Origin: Polyangiales bacterium
GTDB taxonomy: Bacteria; Myxococcota_A; Polyangia; Polyangiales; Polyangiaceae
Assembly (NCBI GenBank): GCA_038230375.1
Contig: JBBRNJ010000104.1
Span: 1-26,787, forward strand
Direction: 5' to 3'
DNA length: 26,787 nt
Of this stretch, positions 10,338 to 18,301 are shown piece by piece. The translations under genes were made by a program, and so were the position numbers. The stretch's first letter is position 1. The number at the start of each line of letters is the position of its first letter. The notes beneath the pieces are model-generated. The model worked only from the letters and a program-made list of their open reading frames with translations, did no database searches and was not told the DNA's origin.

Positions 10338-11663
10338 TCAGGTGCAGCCAGGTGCGCCAGTAGGAGCGCCCGTGATCGGGTTCGTGCACGGGGCGCATTC
10401 GTGGTCGCCGTCGCAGTTGCCCTGGGCGATGGCGATGCCCGCGAAGCCGAAATTCAGGCAGTTCGAGAGGCACACGCCCGTGTACGCGCCCGTCAGCAAA
10501 TTGGATGCGCTGCACTTCTGCGGCTTGAAATTGGGGTCCAGGAAGTCGTTCGGGACGCACGACTCGGTGCCCTTGTTGCAGGTGTCCACGGCGAGCTGCT
10601 TCTGCTCCGCGGCGGGGACGGACGTGGTCGGGACGCAGCGCCCCTTGCTCGCGCCCTTGCTCTGGCAGCACTGCGCGAAGAGTACGGCGGGCTTCTGCGG
10701 GCCCGGGTCACAGGAGATCTTGCATGCGCCCGTGTCTTTGCCCGACAGCGGGTCGTAGCAGGGCGCGCACTTCTCACCGGTGTCGCAGTCGGCCAGCGGG
10801 AGCATCGCGGACTGCGCGGCGATCTGCGGCAGCGCGGCCGACATGCAGCGCCCCTCTGCGCTGTCGACCGATGTGCACGTCTTCGGGATGAACTGCCCGC
10901 CGGATGCGATGAGCTTGTCCGGAACGCAGAGACCGGTCGGGCAGGTGGCGAGCTGCGATTGCAGCGCCGGGGGAACGAGCTTCGAGTCAAGGCAGTGCGC
11001 GCCGCTCGATGCGCCGCCGCACGCGGGGAGGGAGCTCGGGTCGACCACAGGAGGGCCCTGATGCGGGCACGTCGGAGCCGATGCACCTCCGCCGCCGCCG
11101 TCCTTGCCGTCGCCGTTCTGCGCAGTGCACTGCGACGTGTCGACCGGCGCACCAATGTCGCACGCGCCGGAGTTCTGGTTGGTGAGCGGGTTCACGCAAG
11201 GCGCGCAGCGCTCGTTGCCGCCGCATGTCGACTGCGGCAACAGGTCCTTGTACATCGCGACCTGCGGGACGCAGACGCTGAGGCAGACGCCGTCCGTGTT
11301 GTTCATCGACTTGCAGGACGGGGGCTTCGCGCCCTTCGACTTGATCAGCGCGTCGGGAACGCAGAAGCCGCCGCCGCACGCCGCGAGCTGCGTCTGCACG
11401 CTCCCCGGCACGTTGGCAGAGGGGACGCAGTGCGCTCCATCACACGCGGGACCGCACGCCGGCAGGGTGCTCGGATCGACATCGGGGAGGGTCGCCGGGG
11501 TGGAGTTGCAGTCAGCCTTCTGTTGCGCCGTGGAGCCTCCGCCATCGAGGCTGTACTTGCCCTCGAGCGGCGTCCCCATCAGATCGGCCGGCGCGCAGCC
11601 CGCGATCACGAGACCGCCTCCGACCATCAGCCCTGCCACTCCGCGCATACGCTTGCTGTTCAT
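10338..11663 (-). CDS. Cys-rich lipoprotein with three tandem ~105-110 aa repeats
   Basis: Lipobox VIAGC. Repeated module (H/R)C(V/L)..VP...QLA..C...CVP(D/N)...C...G.C.S...C....CAPC.(N/D)P...GA occurs three times. Probable start ATG 11663 after SD-like AGAGGG. Ends 6 nt before the FadL-like start codon. Confidence 0.85.
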   Translation of the reverse strand: MNSKRMRGVAGLMVGGGLVIAGCAPADLMGTPLEGKYSLDGGGSTAQQKADCNSTPATLPDVDPSTLPACGPACDGAHCVPSANVPGSVQTQLAACGGGFCVPDALIKSKGAKPPSCKSMNNTDGVCLSVCVPQVAMYKDLLPQSTCGGNERCAPCVNPLTNQNSGACDIGAPVDTSQCTAQNGDGKDGGGGGASAPTCPHQGPPVVDPSSLPACGGASSGAHCLDSKLVPPALQSQLATCPTGLCVPDKLIASGGQFIPKTCTSVDSAEGRCMSAALPQIAAQSAMLPLADCDTGEKCAPCYDPLSGKDTGACKISCDPGPQKPAVLFAQCCQSKGASKGRCVPTTSVPAAEQKQLAVDTCNKGTESCVPNDFLDPNFKPQKCSASNLLTGAYTGVCLSNCLNFGFAGIAIAQGNCDGDHECAPCTNPITGAPTGAPGCT

Positions 11664-11827
11664 CCAGAGCACCCTCTGCCGTCCCTACATCCAAGGTTCG
11701 GGCCAGCAATTGAGGTGCGTTCAACAGCTTGATGAGTCTGGTTCAATAGTGAGAAAATGGTGGTTTTCGAGGACAAATCCACGCAGAGCGGACGAAGTCA
11801 CCCAGACGGAACGGTAGAGCATGACCC

Positions 11828-11849
11828 ACCCGATCCAGACCAATCGGGT
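11828..11849. promoter_or_regulatory. Perfect inverted repeat ACCCGAT-N8-ATCGGGT (operator or hairpin)
   Basis: 7-bp perfect arms in the intergenic region between the hexamer array and the lipoprotein-FadL operon. Confidence 0.35.
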
Positions 11850-11876
11850 ACGGAGAAGTCGCCCCGAGGAGACAGG

Positions 11877-12070
11877 GTCGAAGGTCGAGGTCGAAGTCGA
11901 GGTCGAAGTCGAGGTCGAAGTCGAAGTCGAGGTTAGAGGTCGAGGTCGAGGTCGAGGTCGAAGTCAAAGTCGAAGTCGAAGTCGAGGTCGCGGTCGCCGT
12001 CGCGGTCGCCGTCGAGGTCGAGGTCGTCGTCGAGGTCGAAGTCGAAGTCGTCGTCGTTGTCGTCGTCGCT
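11877..12070. repeat. Intergenic hexanucleotide tandem array (GTCGAR)n, about 32 units
   Basis: Mostly GTCGAG/GTCGAA with variants GTCGCG, GTCGCC, GTCGTC and two 7-nt units. On the minus strand it begins 1 nt after the TAA at 12072-12074. Confidence 0.97.
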
Positions 12071-12071
12071 C

Positions 12072-13262
12072 TTACGGTCCGACGGACTTCCACATCGCGT
12101 CGCCGGCGACCTCCTGGGTCAGCCACGTCGACAGCTGCACGCCTCCCGTGAACGTCGTTGCTGGTGCTCCCAGCATCGTGTGACTTCCTCCGGTGACAAC
12201 GAACGACTTGAAGTTCGGCTGCGGTCCGATCACCTCCGTCGTCAGCGACGCCAGGCTCGCCTCGAACGTGGTGGTCGTGACGCCGAGGAAGCTCGAGATG
12301 ACCCCGTCCTGCGTGTACGAGAGGAGCGACATGCGATCGTTCGGGTACTTCGCCGCGAGCGCCGGGATGATCTTGGAGAAGTCGTCCTTGCAGGTCGCTC
12401 CACAGAGGGGCGTGACGAGCGGGGCCAGGTTCCAGCTCTGGAACCAGACGTTGCGGAGCGCGTCAGGGATGCCCGAGCCCTCGAACGGAGGCAGCGAGTC
12501 GTCCACCATGAGCATGGGTGTCGTTGGCCAGTACCTGCGGAACGAATCGTAGTTGAAGAGCGCGCCGCCGCCGCCCGCGGACGAGCCCGTGACTGTGATC
12601 TGGCCGGCCTTCACGAACGTTGGTGAGAGCCGCGCCAGGTACTCCATGACGTTCGCATGCCCCTTGTGGTGCACCGTCTTCGTGCCCGCTTCCGCCGTGT
12701 ACGTGGTCACGTTGTCGCCAGCGTGGACGTCGCCAGTGCAGTAGGGGACGAAGACCATGCTCCAGCCGTTGAAGGGGTTCGCGGCGCCGCCGTTCTCCCG
12801 CACCGTGCCGACGAAGCCGCCCGCCGACGCGGACGTGAACTGCGCCGCCCCGTACGGGCCGTGCGTGGACGTGTTGAGCACCGCGCACGTCTGGTAGTCC
12901 CAGCACGCGCCGCCGCCGTTCATGAACACCATCACCTTGTCGCTCTTCGACGACAGGTAGACGCCGATGCCCGTGGGGGTGCCGTCGTCGCAGACCGCAC
13001 CCGGGAAATCGACCCACGTCCACACGTCCTTCGGTGCCGTGATGGGCGTGCCGATCGGGAGCCCTGCGTCAGCGCCCTTCGGCCCATCCGTTGCGTTGCC
13101 GCCGTCGGACGCGCCGCCTTCCGCGTTGCCACCTTCCGCGAATGCGCCGCCGTCGTCAGCAGCGTTGCCACTTCCGGAGCTGCCGCATGCAGCGGCGAGC
13201 GAGAGGGCGAAGAACGAGACGACCGAGCCTGCGAGAAGATGAAGACGCTTCACGGAGCGCAT
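12072..13262 (-). CDS. Pectinacetylesterase/Notum-family alpha/beta hydrolase lipoprotein
   Basis: ATG 13262 (MRSVKRLHLL...LAAAC lipobox), C.DGTPTG, GGGACW, FVPYCTGDVH, nucleophile GSSAGG, candidate Asp (QDGVI) and His (SHTML). Confidence 0.9.
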   Translation of the reverse strand: MRSVKRLHLLAGSVVSFFALSLAAACGSSGSGNAADDGGAFAEGGNAEGGASDGGNATDGPKGADAGLPIGTPITAPKDVWTWVDFPGAVCDDGTPTGIGVYLSSKSDKVMVFMNGGGACWDYQTCAVLNTSTHGPYGAAQFTSASAGGFVGTVRENGGAANPFNGWSMVFVPYCTGDVHAGDNVTTYTAEAGTKTVHHKGHANVMEYLARLSPTFVKAGQITVTGSSAGGGGALFNYDSFRRYWPTTPMLMVDDSLPPFEGSGIPDALRNVWFQSWNLAPLVTPLCGATCKDDFSKIIPALAAKYPNDRMSLLSYTQDGVISSFLGVTTTTFEASLASLTTEVIGPQPNFKSFVVTGGSHTMLGAPATTFTGGVQLSTWLTQEVAGDAMWKSVGP

Positions 13263-13270
13263 CGTAGCAC

Positions 13271-14860
13271 TCACCCCTTGAGGATGCGCGCGACCGCTTG
13301 CATCGCAGGGATGCCCGTCACGCCGCCGCCGCCGTGTGTCGCGCTCGACGCCTGGTAGAGCCCGCGGATGGGCGTGGTGAAGTCCGCGTAGCCGGGCGCG
13401 GGCCGCATGTGGAAGAGCTGGTTCACGGACAGCTCGCCATGAAAGATGTTGCCGCCGATGAGCCCGTACTTGGTCTCCATCTCGTGCGGACCGATGATCT
13501 GGCGGTGGAGGATGCTGTTCGTGAAGCCGGGCGCGACCTCCTCGATCCGGGAGATCAGGCGGTCCGCATATGTGGCGAGCTCCGCTTCGTGCGGTGCCTT
13601 CGCGAACGTGTGTGGCACCCACTGCGTGAAGCACGACATCACGTGCTTGCCCTCCGGCGCGAGCGTCCTGTCGAACACGCTGGGAATGCAGATGTCCGCG
13701 AACGGCAGGCGCGAGGGCGCTCCACCCGCGGCGTCCTGGAATGCGCGCTCCAGGTCGTCCACCGACTCCGCGAGCACGATGGTTCCTCCGTGAACCAGGG
13801 GATCGAACCCAGGACGCGACGAGAACTCCGGGAGCCGGTCCAGCGCGAAGTTCACCTTCACGGTGCCGCTGCGCGTCTTCCAGCGTTCTATTGCAGTGAC
13901 GAGGTCCTCGGGGAGCTCCTTCCTGTCCAGATGCTGGAGGAACGTCGTCTTCGGATGCGTGGTCGCGACGACGACGTCGGCGAAGAGCTCCTCGCCGTCC
14001 GCGAGCACGACGCCCGTGGCCCGCCCGCCCGCCGTGGTGATCTTGGCGACCTCCGCCTCGGTGCGGATGGTCGCGCCGAACGCGAGCGCGGATCTGCGCA
14101 TTGCATCCGTGACCCCGCCCATTCCGCCCTCGGGAAATCCCCACGAGCCGAGCTGCCCGTCGCCCACGTCGCCGATGCGATGATGCGCCATCACGTACGC
14201 GCTGCCAGGGGAGCGCGGGCCGGACCACGCGCCGATGACGCCGCTCACGGACTGCACGCCCTTCAGCGCGTCGGACTCGAACCAGTCGTCGAGCAGGTCA
14301 CCGACGCTCGTGGTCATGAGGCGCGTGAGGTCCGCCACCGTGTCCGCGCCCATGTCGCGCAGCTTCCACGCAAGGCCCGCCTGTTCGAAGAGCGCGCGCG
14401 CGCCGAGATCACCAAGGCGCGGGGGCACGCGGGTGAGCAACGGCCCAAGGAAGCCAGCGAGCGTCGTGAGCCACGCGTCGAAGCGGGGGAACGCGGCTGC
14501 GTCCTTCTTCGAGTGCTTCGCGATCTCCGCGTGACGCTTGTCTGCGTCCGGGTGCATGAGCAGCGAGCCGCCGTCACGGCGCGGCGCGAAGTAGCCGTGC
14601 TGCGGATAGACCTTGTAGCCGAAGCGTGGGAGCTCGAGCTCCGTGAGCACCGTCTTCGGCATGAGGCTCACCACGTACGAGAGGGCTGTCATCTTGAATG
14701 ACGGACCCCACGGCGTCTCCGTGATCGCTGCGCCACCGACCACCTCGCGGCGCTCGAGCACGACCACGCGCCGTCCACGCTTCGCGAGCATTGCCGCAGC
14801 GACGAGCCCGTTGTGGCCACCGCCGATGACGATGACGTCCCAGCGGTTCACGGAGGTCAT
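13271..14860 (-). CDS. Phytoene dehydrogenase-like FAD-dependent oxidoreductase (PYROXD2-like)
   Basis: DVIVIGGGHNGLVAA...VLERR (Rossmann fold), GGAA, FPEGGMGGV, GGNIFHGEL and TPIRGLY...THGGGGVTGIP. Confidence 0.92.
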   Translation of the reverse strand: MTSVNRWDVIVIGGGHNGLVAAAMLAKRGRRVVVLERREVVGGAAITETPWGPSFKMTALSYVVSLMPKTVLTELELPRFGYKVYPQHGYFAPRRDGGSLLMHPDADKRHAEIAKHSKKDAAAFPRFDAWLTTLAGFLGPLLTRVPPRLGDLGARALFEQAGLAWKLRDMGADTVADLTRLMTTSVGDLLDDWFESDALKGVQSVSGVIGAWSGPRSPGSAYVMAHHRIGDVGDGQLGSWGFPEGGMGGVTDAMRRSALAFGATIRTEAEVAKITTAGGRATGVVLADGEELFADVVVATTHPKTTFLQHLDRKELPEDLVTAIERWKTRSGTVKVNFALDRLPEFSSRPGFDPLVHGGTIVLAESVDDLERAFQDAAGGAPSRLPFADICIPSVFDRTLAPEGKHVMSCFTQWVPHTFAKAPHEAELATYADRLISRIEEVAPGFTNSILHRQIIGPHEMETKYGLIGGNIFHGELSVNQLFHMRPAPGYADFTTPIRGLYQASSATHGGGGVTGIPAMQAVARILKG

Positions 14861-14870
14861 CGTCAGCGTG

Positions 14871-15293
14871 TTAGCAGCCCGACGGCTTCTTCACGCATTT
14901 CTTCGTGCTGAGATCGCACCAGTACGCGCCGTCACATCCGTTCGCGTTGCAGGCCGGCTTGGAGCCTCCGCAGTACTGCGTGTCGACGCATTTGGCAGAG
15001 GTGTTGGGGGCCGCGTAGCCAGGGCAGGTACCACCGCCGCCGCCGCCACCGCTGTCCACGCCGCCACCACCACCGCCGCCGCTGTCCGCGGTGCCGCCAC
15101 CGCCGCCATCGTTGCCCGCCGCGGACTGGCCGGTGCCGTTGCCACCGTCGCTCCCAGGCGCTGGAGTGGTCCCATCCGTCGAGGTGGATGCGTTCGGGTC
15201 GGCGCTGGGGTCTCCGCTCTGGGCGTCCGTTCCAGTCGCGCATGCAACGCCCAAGAAACCAAGAACCACCGCAACCAAGGTGACTCGCAACAT
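14871..15293 (-). CDS. Small lipoprotein: Gly/Ser/Thr linker plus C-terminal 8-Cys domain
   Basis: Hydrophobic signal ending GVAC, long Gly-rich spacer, then CPGYAAP...CVDTQYC...CNANGCDGAYWCDLSTKKCVKKPSGC. Ends 10 nt before the next gene's start. Confidence 0.75.
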   Translation of the reverse strand: MLRVTLVAVVLGFLGVACATGTDAQSGDPSADPNASTSTDGTTPAPGSDGGNGTGQSAAGNDGGGGGTADSGGGGGGGVDSGGGGGGGTCPGYAAPNTSAKCVDTQYCGGSKPACNANGCDGAYWCDLSTKKCVKKPSGC

Positions 15294-15374
15294 TGCGACC
15301 GTACCTAGCGCGACTTCCTGAGGTGTCGAGCGAACGTATCGAAATGTTACAGAATGCCGGGCAAACGCCGCAGA

Positions 15375-16538
15375 TCAGCGCGCGGCGAAGACCTTCTCGA
15401 CGGCGGTTGCGACCTGCTGCGCGCCGGTCGCGCTTCGCAACGCGGAGTGCTGCTCGATATGGATGAAGCGGCTGTAGTCGGTGCCCATCGCCGTGCACGC
15501 GTCGGCAGAGCCCGCCGTCTCGCGACCCTCGACGTTGTCGAGCGCGCAGAGATCGCACTTCGTGGTGGGGTAGCCCGAGCCGCACTTGCCGACGGTGTGG
15601 CCCTGGGTTGCGAGCTCGCCCGCCATCTTCGCCGCGAAGCCGGACGCCGTGTACGTGCCGGACCCGTCGGCGACGAGCGCCTCGGGGCAAGACGTCGCGT
15701 CGTTGCCATGCAGCTGGAGGAACGGCGCGGTGGTCTGATCGGAGAGGAGATCGTGCATCCCCCAGAACGCGGTCTTCGTGGAGTGCGCCGCGTCGGACTC
15801 GCGGAAGGGCGCGGACTTGCCACACGCGTCCGTGGTGCCGTCGCAGCCGGATGTCGCAGTGTTCGCGCAGCGGTGGGTGCCCGCGAGCAGAAACCACTCG
15901 GAGCGCGTCGTAGACCACACGGCGGGCGCCTGGGTCTCGGTGTTCGTGTCGGAGATCGGGTGCGGCGCCTCGACGATGAGATCGCGCGTGCCCTTGCCTT
16001 GCTTGCGCGCAGCGAACGTTCCCCAGAAGAGCTTGGGTGCGGGCTTTCCGTTCGCGTCCATCTCGGCAACGACGCGGACCTCGTCCCCGTGATCGGTGAG
16101 CGAGAACACGTGGTACGAGGCGGGCAGCGGGCACTTCTCCGAGCCGTCGAACACGAGTGCCGTCATGACCTGCGTCACGAACGCGTCGCGGTCGGTGGCC
16201 GTCGGGACCTTGAACGAGTTCGAGCTGGGGCCGGCGGCCGTGCCGATGTCGTTCGCGATGTTCGCGATCGCATCGGTGAAGCCCACGGCCAGGGCTGGGG
16301 CCGGGCAAGCGGCGGGCGGGGGCGGCGGTGTGCCGGGGTCAGAGCCTTTGCCCGGATCGGACCCGGTGGGCCCGTTGCCGTTGTTGTTGCCGGGGCCATT
16401 GTTGCCAGAGCCCTGTGACGACCCGCCCTTCGTACCGAGCGGCCCGCCGCCCGAGGTGTCAGCGCCGCTGCAGGCGACCTGAAGGATGGCGACGATCGAG
16501 ATGGCTGAGAGGGTGGCGGTGAGCGGAAGCGAGCGCAT
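15375..16538 (-). CDS. Lipoprotein, putative zinc-dependent hydrolase (poly-gamma-glutamate hydrolase / N-formylglutamate amidohydrolase-like fold)
   Basis: Lipobox QVAC and low-complexity linker, then IVEAPHP..DTNT, SDAAH, LQLHG and FIHIEQ, which parallel the APH / LHG / xxE motif order of that fold. Function is inferred. Confidence 0.7.
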   Translation of the reverse strand: MRSLPLTATLSAISIVAILQVACSGADTSGGGPLGTKGGSSQGSGNNGPGNNNGNGPTGSDPGKGSDPGTPPPPPAACPAPALAVGFTDAIANIANDIGTAAGPSSNSFKVPTATDRDAFVTQVMTALVFDGSEKCPLPASYHVFSLTDHGDEVRVVAEMDANGKPAPKLFWGTFAARKQGKGTRDLIVEAPHPISDTNTETQAPAVWSTTRSEWFLLAGTHRCANTATSGCDGTTDACGKSAPFRESDAAHSTKTAFWGMHDLLSDQTTAPFLQLHGNDATSCPEALVADGSGTYTASGFAAKMAGELATQGHTVGKCGSGYPTTKCDLCALDNVEGRETAGSADACTAMGTDYSRFIHIEQHSALRSATGAQQVATAVEKVFAAR

Positions 16539-16549
16539 GCCGTCTGTTC

Positions 16550-16566
16550 AGCATGGGACGCGCCAA
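16550..16566 (-). promoter_or_regulatory. Sigma-54 promoter of the putative Zn-hydrolase lipoprotein
   Basis: Minus-strand TTGGCGCGTCCCATGCT has GG-N10-GC geometry. The predicted start site falls essentially at the ATG (16538). Confidence 0.65.
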
Positions 16567-16597
16567 TCCCGATTTGTGTCAAATCTCGATCGCGAGA
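16566..16597. promoter_or_regulatory. Overlapping palindromes upstream of the sigma-54 site
   Basis: ATCccGATTTG-TGT-CAAATCtcGAT (16566-16590) and TCTCG-ATCG-CGAGA (16584-16597). Confidence 0.45.
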
Positions 16598-16722
16598 CGG
16601 AAAATCGCAATGAATACGAGATGTAAACCGATGTGCGGAGCACCCACACCGAGGCACGGCCTTGGATCATCGATCCTCCGTCACCACGATGCGACACCGT
16701 CGCGGCTGGGCTCTGCTTGGCG

Positions 16723-18150
16723 TCAGCGACGGCCGCGCGGACCGAAATGACGAGGCCTGCGACGACCTTCCCCCGCGGGGCGCGGTGCGCCTGCGGTCTC
16801 CGCGCTTGCCGTGTTGCTACCCTGCGGAGCGCCGTTCTGGGGAGCGCCGTTCTGCGGAGCGCCGTTCTGCGGGGCACTGTGGTGCGTGCGCGGTGCGTGG
16901 GCGCGCGAACCGTTCGGAGCATGCCCGCGCGGCGCGTGCTGCGTCTGGGGGCGCGGCGCATGCTGCTGCGCGTGTGGCTGGGCGGGACGGGGCGCGTCGC
17001 CGATGACCGGCAGGCGCTTCTTGATCAACTTCTCGATGTCGGCGAGGAGCGGACGCTCTTCGCGATCGCAGAACGACACCGCGCGACCGATCGCGCCCGC
17101 ACGGCCCGTGCGGCCGATGCGATGCACGTAGCTCTCCGGGACGTTCGGCAGATCGAAGTTCACAACGAGCGAGATGTCGTCCACGTCGATGCCGCGCGCC
17201 GCGAGATCCGTGGCGACGAGGATGCGCGTCTGTCCGGTCCGGAAACCAAGGAGCGCGCGCTCGCGTGCGTTCTGCGCCTTGTTGCCGTGGATCGCGACCG
17301 CGGGAAATCCGCCTGCGTCGAGCTGCTTCACGAGCCTGTCCGCGCCGTGCTTCGTGCGTGTGAACACGAGCGCGCGCGTCACCTTCTCGTCCTTGAGGAG
17401 CGACTCGAGCGCGTAACGCTTCTCCGTCTTCTCGACGAAGATGACGGCCTGCTCGACGCCCTCGGCGGTGGTGACCTCCGGCTTGATGTCGACGCGCGTG
17501 ACGGGCGTGCGCAGCATGCCGCGCGCAAGGGTCTCCACCGCGGGCGCCATGGTCGCGGAGAAGAAGAGCGTCTGCCGTGTGACGGGGAGCCGCGCGACGA
17601 CCTTCTTCACGTCGTGGATGAAGCCCATGTCGAGCATTCGATCGGCCTCGTCCAGGACGAAGTGGGTGATGCCGGAGAGGTCCACGATGCGCTGGTGGAT
17701 GAGATCGAGCAGGCGGCCGGGCGTGGCGACCAGGAGATCGGGCATGCGGCGGAGCGCCACCTCGTTCTTGTTCTGGCTGACGCCTCCGTAGATGACGGCG
17801 TGGCGGACGCGCACGTACTTGCCATAGGCCTCGATGCGCTCGTCGATCTGGGCGGCGAGCTCGCGCGTGGGCGTGAGCACGAGTCCGCGGATCTTGTTGC
17901 CGGGCTTCTCCGACAGGTGCGCGAGCATGGGCAGCACGAAGCCGGCGGTCTTGCCGGTGCCCGTCTGCGCACACGCAAGGACGTCGTGTCCCTGGAGCGC
18001 CGGGGGGATGACCGCGAATTGAACGGGGGACGGGGTCTCGTATTTTTCGTCGAGGACTGCGCGGACCAGCGCTTCGGAGAGTCCTAGCGCCGAGAACGGC
18101 GAGCGCGAAATCGCCTCGGCGACGTCGGGCGGGAGGCGATGTGCATGCAC
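16723..18150 (-). CDS. rhlE: DEAD-box ATP-dependent RNA helicase, RhlE-like
   Basis: Q motif (FSALGL...YETPSPVQ), AQTGTGKT, PTRELA, TPGRLLD, DEAD, SAT, HGNKAQNAR, ARGID and YVHRIGRTGRAG, with a basic disordered tail. Start placed at GTG 18150 after AGAGAGAAG; exact start uncertain. Confidence 0.93.
   Translation of the reverse strand: MHAHRLPPDVAEAISRSPFSALGLSEALVRAVLDEKYETPSPVQFAVIPPALQGHDVLACAQTGTGKTAGFVLPMLAHLSEKPGNKIRGLVLTPTRELAAQIDERIEAYGKYVRVRHAVIYGGVSQNKNEVALRRMPDLLVATPGRLLDLIHQRIVDLSGITHFVLDEADRMLDMGFIHDVKKVVARLPVTRQTLFFSATMAPAVETLARGMLRTPVTRVDIKPEVTTAEGVEQAVIFVEKTEKRYALESLLKDEKVTRALVFTRTKHGADRLVKQLDAGGFPAVAIHGNKAQNARERALLGFRTGQTRILVATDLAARGIDVDDISLVVNFDLPNVPESYVHRIGRTGRAGAIGRAVSFCDREERPLLADIEKLIKKRLPVIGDAPRPAQPHAQQHAPRPQTQHAPRGHAPNGSRAHAPRTHHSAPQNGAPQNGAPQNGAPQGSNTASAETAGAPRPAGEGRRRPRHFGPRGRR
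16822..16875. repeat. 15-bp coding tandem repeat (about 3.6 copies) encoding APQNG in the helicase tail
   Basis: CTG(C/G)GGAGCGCCGTT three times plus a partial copy. Confidence 0.9.
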
Positions 18151-18162
18151 GTGAGGTGACTT

Positions 18163-18267
18163 CTCTCTATGGGGGGGCGCTCGATTTGCGCGCCTCGTGG
18201 CCTGGGTAGCCGGGCGGCTCGTACCGCGTCTGGCCTGCGCACGCAAGCGGTTCCCCCAAACAGAGAG
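18163..18267 (-). promoter_or_regulatory. Putative structured 5' leader of the helicase mRNA
   Basis: CUCUCUGUUUGGGGG (18267-18253) can pair with CCCCCCCAUAGAGAG (18177-18163) at 13 of 15 positions including one G-U, enclosing smaller GC hairpins. Confidence 0.5.
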
Positions 18268-18286
18268 GGCTCCACGCGCTCCGGTT

Positions 18287-18295
18287 TGGTATGAT
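18287..18295 (+). promoter_or_regulatory. Extended -10 promoter (TGgTATGAT), probably leaderless
   Basis: TG-n-TATGAT followed by 6 nt and the ATG at 18302; no SD. Confidence 0.7.
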
Positions 18296-18301
18296 CCAAC
18301 C

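Noticed and set aside
11877..12070. Possible CRISPR array
   Set aside because: Contiguous 6-nt units with no spacers, and no cas genes in the window.
11743..12183. ORFs with VEVEVE/RGRGRG or TSTSTS/DLDFD tracts
   Set aside because: These are translations of the hexamer array; 7-nt units shift the pattern and there is no coding context.
13263..14228. N-terminal extension of the 718-aa ORF 12072..14228
   Set aside because: Overlaps the oxidoreductase in another frame; the signal peptide starts at ATG 13262.
13298..18087. Long plus-strand ORFs 13298..14701, 15354..16418 and 16633..18087 (similarly 8556..9620 and 10095..11732)
   Set aside because: Each mirrors a well-supported minus-strand gene.
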